DNA of 64,000 nt, taken from the NCBI GenBank assembly GCA_044350705.1, contig JBILHA010000001.1, positions 177,809-241,808 of the forward strand, written 5' to 3'. The stretch is from Candidatus Kapaibacterium sp. (GTDB taxonomy: Bacteria; Patescibacteriota; Patescibacteriia; UBA9934). Every line of letters starts with the position of its first letter. Within the stretch, counting starts at the first letter, position 1. Positions 57,659-64,000 of the stretch are shown here, piece after piece. The position numbers and the translations under genes are program-made. The notes under the pieces are model-generated. The model was not told the DNA's origin. It worked only from the letters and a program-made list of their open reading frames with translations, and searched no databases.

Positions 57659-57708
57659 AGAAATACTGAATACCGGAAAACCTCATAACACGACCGAAGG
57701 GTCGTGTT

Positions 57709-59307
57709 ATGCTATATAGCGATATGCTTGGGATCGTCCTCAATCTTCCGCCTACTCTTGAACGCTTTTTTGCAGCCACTCCTCCGGATGTTTTGGCGGC
57801 ATATGCACTCCTTATTGTTGGCCCCGTCCCTATTTTAGGGGTCATCGTTTGGGGATTTTCTCATCTTTGGCTTGAATACAAGCAAGAGGTTTTTGAACAT
57901 AGCTTAAAGTGGATCAATCTCGAGGTACGTGTTCCACAAACGAGCATTCAAACTCCAAAAGGCATGGAGAATTTCTTTTCTAACCTTGCGGGAGCAAAGA
58001 GTGGACTTACGTGGAAAGAAACATGGCTTCTCGGAAAAACACAGGCGCGTTTTTCTTTTGAATTGGTGAGTAATGGCGGGGATATTTCTTTCGTGATTCG
58101 TGCGTTGGAAAAATTCCGAGATATTTTGGAGGCTGATTTATACGCGCAGTATCCTGAAGCCCAAATTACCGAGGTGCCTGATTATACCGGCATGGTTGCG
58201 AAGAAGTATCCTAATGATGACCAGGAGTTGTTTGGAGCAGAAATTGTATTGGCAAAAGAACGTTTTTTACCTATTCGTAATTACGATAGTTTTGAACATC
58301 AAGGTGAAAAGGAAAATCGATTTAAAGATCCGCTTTTGTCCCTTCTTGAGCTCATGGGAAAAATGCAGCCCGGTGAGCACTTGTGGGTGCAGCTTATTAT
58401 TCGTCCGCCTCAGAATGAAGATTGGGTGAAAGAGGGTTTGGCATATTTAGGAAAGGTGATGGGGAAGGAGGAAAAAGCTCCGAAAAAGAGCGGTGGCATT
58501 CTGGGTGCGATTGATGGTCTCTTTTGGTTTCCTTTTGGCGTTTTAGAGCAGGTTACTGGCATGAAGATTGGAGGAGGTGCGGAAAAGGCCGAAAAGAAGC
58601 CGGATGATTTTAAGATGTTCCGATTAACAAGTGCGGAGAAAATTCAGATTGACCAGGTTGCAGAAAAGATTTCAAAAGTAGGGTGGGAGGCAAAGATTCG
58701 TTGGATCGGTGTTGGACCTAAGAATAGTTTTAGAAAGGGGGTTTTTGCTTCCGGCATGAAGGGTGCTTTTCAGCCTTTTAATAGTCCTATTCTTAATCAA
58801 CTTTCTACTCATGGTCCTGCTGTTCCAAAAGATGATTATTTTTGGCAGAAGTGGTCGTATGGCAAAAAACAGGGCATTCTTGCTCAGCGGTATGCGGCGC
58901 GATCATTTTCTGCGGGTGCGACTCCTACCATTTTAAATGCTGAAGAGCTTGCAACGCTTTTCCATTTTCCTTCTGCGGATGCGCGTACGCCTGTGCTTAC
59001 GGCAATGGGCGCACGTCGTTCAGAAGCGCCTAACGTTCTTCCCGCGGCTCCTGTTGGTCGGCTTGGAGGTACGCCTGTGAGCGAGCCTACTTCTGACGAT
59101 TGGCGAAGAGTGTATCTTGAACGCAGAACGCAGCAGGGTACTACGCATGCCGTTCCTGCGGGTATTCCCGAAAAGCCTTCGGCGCCTCATGAATTTCCAG
59201 ATCATGCGCCTTTTCATGATGCGATCCTTCCTCATCCGCAGGCGCCTCAAGAACATGGTTTGCATGATGAAAAACAGGATGCTCCTCCTGATAATTTGCC
59301 GGTGTAG
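57709..59307 (+). CDS. Hypothetical membrane protein, operonic partner of the downstream P-loop ATPase
   Basis: 532 aa. N-terminal TM (VLAAYALLIVGPVPILGVIVWGFSHLW), internal hydrophobic patch GGILGAIDGLFWFPFGVL, Pro/His-rich C-terminus. Stop at 59307, next gene ATG at 59310. Confidence 0.45.
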   Translation: MLYSDMLGIVLNLPPTLERFFAATPPDVLAAYALLIVGPVPILGVIVWGFSHLWLEYKQEVFEHSLKWINLEVRVPQTSIQTPKGMENFFSNLAGAKSGLTWKETWLLGKTQARFSFELVSNGGDISFVIRALEKFRDILEADLYAQYPEAQITEVPDYTGMVAKKYPNDDQELFGAEIVLAKERFLPIRNYDSFEHQGEKENRFKDPLLSLLELMGKMQPGEHLWVQLIIRPPQNEDWVKEGLAYLGKVMGKEEKAPKKSGGILGAIDGLFWFPFGVLEQVTGMKIGGGAEKAEKKPDDFKMFRLTSAEKIQIDQVAEKISKVGWEAKIRWIGVGPKNSFRKGVFASGMKGAFQPFNSPILNQLSTHGPAVPKDDYFWQKWSYGKKQGILAQRYAARSFSAGATPTILNAEELATLFHFPSADARTPVLTAMGARRSEAPNVLPAAPVGRLGGTPVSEPTSDDWRRVYLERRTQQGTTHAVPAGIPEKPSAPHEFPDHAPFHDAILPHPQAPQEHGLHDEKQDAPPDNLPV

Positions 59308-59309
59308 CT

Positions 59310-61193
59310 ATGTCGCATGATCATCACGACGAACCCGTCCTTCATTCTTCTGAACCTTCAGGACCTTTTCAGTACGATCATGAAAAGCATGTTACGTACT
59401 TTGCGCAGACGAATTTTCGTAATCAAATGCGGAAATTCGGTATTAAAACCGACGATCGTCGCCGTCACATGTATGTGATTGGAAAGACGGGTATGGGTAA
59501 GACTACCCTTCTTGAAAACATGTTCCTTTCGGATGTGTATGCGGGGCATGGGTGTTGTTATATCGATCCTCACGGAGATACCGCCGAGAAGCTCATTGAT
59601 TTTATTCCTGCTTGGCGCATTAATGACGTGGTGTACTTTAATCCTGCGGATTTTGATAATCCTATTGGATTCAACGTTTTGGAAGTCAATCATGATCTTC
59701 CTCATGATCTTCTCGTTGAAGAGAAGGAGCGTATTTCCTCTTCACTGCTCTCGGTTTTCAAGAAGATTTGGGAGAATGTGTGGAGTGCGCGCATGGAGTA
59801 CATCATGAACAATACGGTGAAGGCGCTTTTGGATACCCCTGGTACGACGCTTTTGGGTATTAACCGCATGCTTTCTGATAAGGATTATCGATTGGAAATT
59901 GTTCGTAACATCAAGGATCCTATCGTGAAGCAATTTTGGGTGCAGGAATTTGCTGCGTATGATGCAAAGTTTGCTTCGGAAGCAGTGGCTCCTATTCAAA
60001 ATAAGGTAGGTCAATTTATTTCTTCCGCAGTTATTCGCAATATCGTTGCACAGGCGAAGAGCTCGTTGAATCTTCGAGATGTCATGGACAATGAGAAGAT
60101 TTTCATCGTGAACCTTTCCAAAGGAAGAAATGGTGATGAAGCGATGCGTTTACTTGGAGGCATGCTCATTACGAAGATCCAGATTGCAGCGATGGAACGC
60201 GTTGATACTCCGGAAAAGCTTCGTAAAGATTTTTATCTTTATGTAGACGAATTTCAGAATTTTGCCGTAGATTCTTTTGCGAGCATTCTTTCCGAGGCGC
60301 GAAAATATCGGTTGAATCTTATTTTGGCGCACCAGTACATTGCTCAGCTTTCTGAACCGGTGCGTGATGCGGTATTTGGTAACATCGGCACTATCGTTTC
60401 TTTCCGCGTAGGTTCTCCGGATGCACTCTTTTTGGAGCCTGAGTTCATGCCGCGCTTTATGGCGCAGGATATTATCGAGCTTCCTCGTGCTGGCGTGTAT
60501 GTCAAGCTCATGATTGATGGTGTTACCAGTCAGCCCTTTTCTGCCTCGACGCTTCCTCCGATTGGTCAGTCGACGGGCAGTACGCAGAAGGTTATTGAAC
60601 AGTCTCGTGAACGATATTCGGGGAATCGGAAGAATATCGAAGAGCGTGTTATGGCGTGGAGTGGTTTTGGCGATGATGTAAATATTGATGAAAAATTGAA
60701 AGAGGTTTCTGATGCGAAAAAAGAAGCGAAGAAAGCAAAGTATAGTTTTACGTATGACTGTACACGATGCGGAAAGCAATTTTTGCTTCCGGTAGAGCTT
60801 GACCGTTCCCGTCCTATTTACTGTGAAGAATGTAAAGCTATCGTGGATTCGGAACGACAGCGTGCGAAAGCAAAGAGTGAGGCAAAGAAGCAGCCGAGTA
60901 CTGCGCCGTCTGGAGCGCCGGTGCGCGCGAAAGATGGGGAGTTGGTGGTTCGTCCAGTTGCTGAGCCGGTTTCTCTTTCTGCGCTCCAGCATGCTGACGC
61001 AGGAAGTGCGGATGCGCAAAAGAAAAAGAGAAAGCGCAAGAGAAAAAAGAAGTCGACTTCAGAGCATTCGGCGACTTCCGGATCTGTATCTTCAGTTCCT
61101 TCGGACGGTCGAGAATTCTCGCTTGATCCGTCTTCGTCCGACTCTTCTTCTCTTCCTCATCCTACGCTTCCTCCTGAGTCATCCCCCGTATGA
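59310..61193 (+). CDS. TraD/VirD4/HerA-superfamily P-loop ATPase with C-terminal zinc ribbon and polybasic tail
   Basis: Walker A HMYVIGKTGMGKTTL followed by YIDPHGD (T4CP/VirB4-like). Walker B FYLYVDEFQNF. LILAHQY. C-terminal CxxC...CxxC (YDCTRCGKQF...IYCEECK) then KKKRKRKRKKK. No N-terminal TM. Confidence 0.5.
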   Translation: MSHDHHDEPVLHSSEPSGPFQYDHEKHVTYFAQTNFRNQMRKFGIKTDDRRRHMYVIGKTGMGKTTLLENMFLSDVYAGHGCCYIDPHGDTAEKLIDFIPAWRINDVVYFNPADFDNPIGFNVLEVNHDLPHDLLVEEKERISSSLLSVFKKIWENVWSARMEYIMNNTVKALLDTPGTTLLGINRMLSDKDYRLEIVRNIKDPIVKQFWVQEFAAYDAKFASEAVAPIQNKVGQFISSAVIRNIVAQAKSSLNLRDVMDNEKIFIVNLSKGRNGDEAMRLLGGMLITKIQIAAMERVDTPEKLRKDFYLYVDEFQNFAVDSFASILSEARKYRLNLILAHQYIAQLSEPVRDAVFGNIGTIVSFRVGSPDALFLEPEFMPRFMAQDIIELPRAGVYVKLMIDGVTSQPFSASTLPPIGQSTGSTQKVIEQSRERYSGNRKNIEERVMAWSGFGDDVNIDEKLKEVSDAKKEAKKAKYSFTYDCTRCGKQFLLPVELDRSRPIYCEECKAIVDSERQRAKAKSEAKKQPSTAPSGAPVRAKDGELVVRPVAEPVSLSALQHADAGSADAQKKKRKRKRKKKSTSEHSATSGSVSSVPSDGREFSLDPSSSDSSSLPHPTLPPESSPV

Positions 61194-61990
61194 CCATTTT
61201 TGAGGCAGTGATCTTGGGCGCCGTACAGGGCTTTACGGAATTTCTTCCTATTTCAAGTTCAGGACACCTTATTTTGTTTCCTGCGATTTTGGGTTGGGAG
61301 GCGCAAAGTGTGGTTTTTGATGTCGCGGTACACGTTGCTACTCTCGGAGCGATTCTTGTTGCATTGTGGCCGAGGATTTCTGCTTGGATCAAAGAATTGC
61401 GCAGGGGTAATAAAACCGCGTGGCGTCTTGCGATGTATCTTGTTTTGGCTACCATTCCTGCGGGACTGTTAGGAATTTTTGGTGGGGATTGGCTTGAAGG
61501 GCAGCGTACGCTTCCCATGGTGGGTATCATGCTTATTTTTTGGGGAATCATTTTGTATATCGCTGATGTGATTGCCGTAAAGCTTTCTCGAACGGTCGTG
61601 AAAGATGGGCAGATTACGCTCCCCTTTGCGCTTGCGATAGGCGTTGCTCAGGCGCTCGCTCTTTTTCCTGGCACTTCTCGTTCGGGTGCGAGTATCAGTA
61701 CGGCAATGCTTCTTGGGTTTGATAGAAAAACGGCTGCAAACTTTTCTTTTCTTCTTGCTATTCCTGCAATTTCTGGTGCGGGTCTGGTGACGGCACTTGA
61801 TATTTCCGAAACGGGTTTAGATGTTCCGATTATTTCATTGGTGGCAGGATGTCTTGTCGCTTTTATTACCGGTATTTTTGCGATTCGATTCCTTTTTGCA
61901 GTTATCGAAAAGGGAGGATTTCGCTGGTTTGCGCTTTATCGTGTAGTGTTGGGAGTACTTGTCCTCAGTCTTTTCTATGCTTCTTCGTGA
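61190..61990 (+). CDS. uppP: Undecaprenyl-diphosphate phosphatase
   Basis: MTIFEAVILGAVQGFTEFLPISSSGHLIL, GTSRSGASI, eight TMs. Overlaps the previous stop by 4 nt. Confidence 0.9.
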   Translation: MTIFEAVILGAVQGFTEFLPISSSGHLILFPAILGWEAQSVVFDVAVHVATLGAILVALWPRISAWIKELRRGNKTAWRLAMYLVLATIPAGLLGIFGGDWLEGQRTLPMVGIMLIFWGIILYIADVIAVKLSRTVVKDGQITLPFALAIGVAQALALFPGTSRSGASISTAMLLGFDRKTAANFSFLLAIPAISGAGLVTALDISETGLDVPIISLVAGCLVAFITGIFAIRFLFAVIEKGGFRWFALYRVVLGVLVLSLFYASS

Positions 61991-62834
61991 AATTGCTCCT
62001 TGGAAACACTACGCGCTCCTTGATTCTGGTGAAGGAGAGAAGAGTGAGCGTTTTGGTGATATTGTCATGGTCCGTCCTGATCCTCAGGCGATTTGGAATA
62101 AAGCAGATGCAAAGGCTGCGTGCTGGATGGATCCTCATTTGACGTATGCGCGTCAGGGTCGAGAGGGAGACTGGACCTATCGTAAGCCCGTTCCTGATGC
62201 GTGGACCGTTCTTTGGGAGGACTTAACGTTCCGTATTCGTCCAACGTCGTTTAAGCACACGGGACTTTTTCCTGAGCAGGCAAGTAATTGGCAGTACATT
62301 AAAAAGCACATCGCACCAGGTATGCGCGTCCTTAATCTTTTTGGGTATACCGGAGGCGCAAGCGTTGCGGCAGCTTCGGCAGGTGCTGATGTGACCCATG
62401 TAGATGCGAGCAAGCCGGTGGTAACTTGGACTCGTGAAAATGCAGAGCTTTCAGGACTTGCCGACAAGCCTCTTCGTTATATCGTTGATGATGCGCAAAA
62501 GTTTATCGCTCGAGAAATTCGTCGTGAAAGCAAGTACGACGCCATTTTTATGGATCCTCCTGCTTTTGGTCGAGGGCCAGAAGGCGAAATTTGGAAATTT
62601 GAAGAGCATCTCCCGAGATTGCTTGATCAGTGCGTGCGGATTCTTCAGAAGGAACGTGGCATGCTTTTAGTGAATGCTTACTCTCTCGGGTATCCTGCTC
62701 TTGCGATTGAGAATATGATCAAGAGCGCGCTTCCTTGGAAGGGAGAAATGATGAGTGTTGAACTCACGCTTCAAGAGCAAAATCCTCGTGGATTTTTACT
62801 TCCTACGGGTGTCGTCGTGCGGGTAACATGGTAG
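61959..62834 (+). CDS. Class I SAM-dependent RNA methyltransferase (RlmI/YccW-like)
   Basis: RVLNLFGYTGGASVAAASAGA (motif I), HVDASK, IFMDPPAFGRG (motif IV DPPxF). Confidence 0.6.
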   Translation: MSSVFSMLLREIAPWKHYALLDSGEGEKSERFGDIVMVRPDPQAIWNKADAKAACWMDPHLTYARQGREGDWTYRKPVPDAWTVLWEDLTFRIRPTSFKHTGLFPEQASNWQYIKKHIAPGMRVLNLFGYTGGASVAAASAGADVTHVDASKPVVTWTRENAELSGLADKPLRYIVDDAQKFIAREIRRESKYDAIFMDPPAFGRGPEGEIWKFEEHLPRLLDQCVRILQKERGMLLVNAYSLGYPALAIENMIKSALPWKGEMMSVELTLQEQNPRGFLLPTGVVVRVTW

Positions 62835-62872
62835 GACTTTTTTTAAAACGCTGTTTGGTATAGGGTGGAGGG

Positions 62873-64000
62873 ATGAAGAAACGGAGATATGCCTTTCCGT
62901 CCGGATTTTCTTGGGGTGCCTCGACATCGAGTCATCAGGTTGAGGGCGGGCATACGAATGATTGGACGGAGTGGGAAGCGTCTCCTGAGCGTCTGGAAGA
63001 TCTTCGAGCGTCTGGAAAATTAGAGAAGTATGGTTTAGAGAATTTTGTTTCCGGTGATGCCGTAATGCACTGGCAGCATTATCGTGATGATTTTTTACTG
63101 GCGAAGGACTTGGGACATAATGCTACGCGTTTTTCGTTAGAATGGTCGCGGATTGAGCCTGAAGAAGGGAGGTTTGATGAAGAGGTGATTGCACATTATC
63201 GAGATGTTTTGCAGACGTGTCATGAGTTTGGCTTGGAACCGTTTGTCACGCTTTGGCACCGGCCTATTCCTTTGTGGCTTCGGGATAAGGGAGGATGGGA
63301 GAGTAAGGAAGTCGTTGAGGCGTTTTCTCGGTATGTTGAGAAAATAGTATCTGTTCTTGGTGATCAGGTGCATTTTTGGATTACGCTTAATGAGCCGGAC
63401 TTGTATACGCGTAATTCGTATTTACTCGGTGTTTGGCCGCCTCAGAAAAAGAGTAAGCGAGCGTATATTCGTGTTCTGCATCGACTTATTGCAGCTCATC
63501 GAAAGGCATATGATGTTATCCATCGTATTCAACCTCGTGCCATGGTAGGAATTGCGAAGAATAATAGCTTTATTGATCCTCAGCCAGATACCTTCCTCAA
63601 TCGCTCGATGGCTGCTGTATTTCGTTGGTGGCATAACGACTATCTTTTGCAACGCATTGGTGATAGGCAAGATTTTATTGGACTCAATCATTATTTTCAT
63701 GATCGGTATGTGTACGGAAAAGTACAGAATGAAAATAAGGTGACGTCTGATGTAGGATGGGAGCTTTATCCGGAAGCGTTGTATTACACGCTTGCTGAAC
63801 TTCAGAAATATAAAAAGCCTATTTTTATTACCGAGAATGGCCTTGCAGATGCAAAAGATGAGAAGCGCGCATGGTTTTTGATTGAATCTCTCAAGCAGGT
63901 GCATCGTGCGATAAAAGACGGTGTTGAGGTGCGTGGATATCTTCATTGGTCGCTCTTGGATAACTTTGAATGGGACTCCGGCTTTTGGCCCCAGTTTGGG
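62873..64000 (+). CDS. GH1-family beta-glucosidase, 3'-truncated at window end
   Basis: Open frame from ATG 62873 to the window end (not in ORF track because no stop). GH1 signatures FPSGFSWGASTSSHQVEGG, RFSLEWSRIEP, TLNEP (acid/base Glu), ITENG (nucleophile Glu), WSLLDNFEW. Confidence 0.85.
   Translation, partial: MKKRRYAFPSGFSWGASTSSHQVEGGHTNDWTEWEASPERLEDLRASGKLEKYGLENFVSGDAVMHWQHYRDDFLLAKDLGHNATRFSLEWSRIEPEEGRFDEEVIAHYRDVLQTCHEFGLEPFVTLWHRPIPLWLRDKGGWESKEVVEAFSRYVEKIVSVLGDQVHFWITLNEPDLYTRNSYLLGVWPPQKKSKRAYIRVLHRLIAAHRKAYDVIHRIQPRAMVGIAKNNSFIDPQPDTFLNRSMAAVFRWWHNDYLLQRIGDRQDFIGLNHYFHDRYVYGKVQNENKVTSDVGWELYPEALYYTLAELQKYKKPIFITENGLADAKDEKRAWFLIESLKQVHRAIKDGVEVRGYLHWSLLDNFEWDSGFWPQFG

Noticed and set aside
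60150-61019. 289-aa minus-strand ORF antisense to the T4CP-like ATPase gene
   Set aside because: Arg-rich shadow ORF overlapping a well-supported sense-strand gene.

Overview
The window is 64 kb at about 49% GC and reads like a chromosomal segment of a small-genome bacterium; a CPR/Patescibacteria-like lineage is my inference only. Everything here comes from reading the sequence and the supplied ORF track and matching motifs by eye, with no database searches. Most of it is tightly packed housekeeping genes. There is a complete F-type ATP synthase operon (atpB-E-F-H-A-G-D-C) with a clear promoter, plus secA and a split secD/secF. The window also carries dnaB, recR, ybaB, glyA, folD, murB, murC, truB, tgt and a SpoU-type methyltransferase. 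Further calls are a ClpC-like AAA+ chaperone, an HtrA protease, an SPFH protein, HU, an LCP-family protein, a MraY/WecA-type transferase and a GT28-like glycosyltransferase. The remaining calls are uppP, an RlmI-like methyltransferase, ribosomal proteins L21 and L28, a ribosome hibernation factor, a 5'-truncated aldehyde dehydrogenase, a 3'-truncated GH1 beta-glucosidase and one tRNA-Trp. Against this background several things stand out. (1) An AT-rich single-gene islet sits directly downstream of tRNA-Trp and encodes an ASCH (PUA-like) domain fused to a ParB/DGQHR-like domain. (2) A 10.6 kb gene encodes a 3542-aa secreted Gly-rich, Ca-binding-repeat protein containing a recent ~1.6 kb internal tandem duplication. 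(3) SecD has two parvulin-type PPIase domains inserted in its periplasmic domain. (4) A two-gene module encodes a membrane protein plus a TraD/VirD4/HerA-like P-loop ATPase ending in a zinc ribbon and a polybasic tail. (5) A ~1 kb segment at about 62% GC carries a 2OG-Fe(II)-oxygenase-like gene, probably a recent horizontal acquisition. (6) A dispersed G-rich GGGGAGTRR repeat family with a conserved hairpin core occurs at three intergenic sites and once in frame inside truB.
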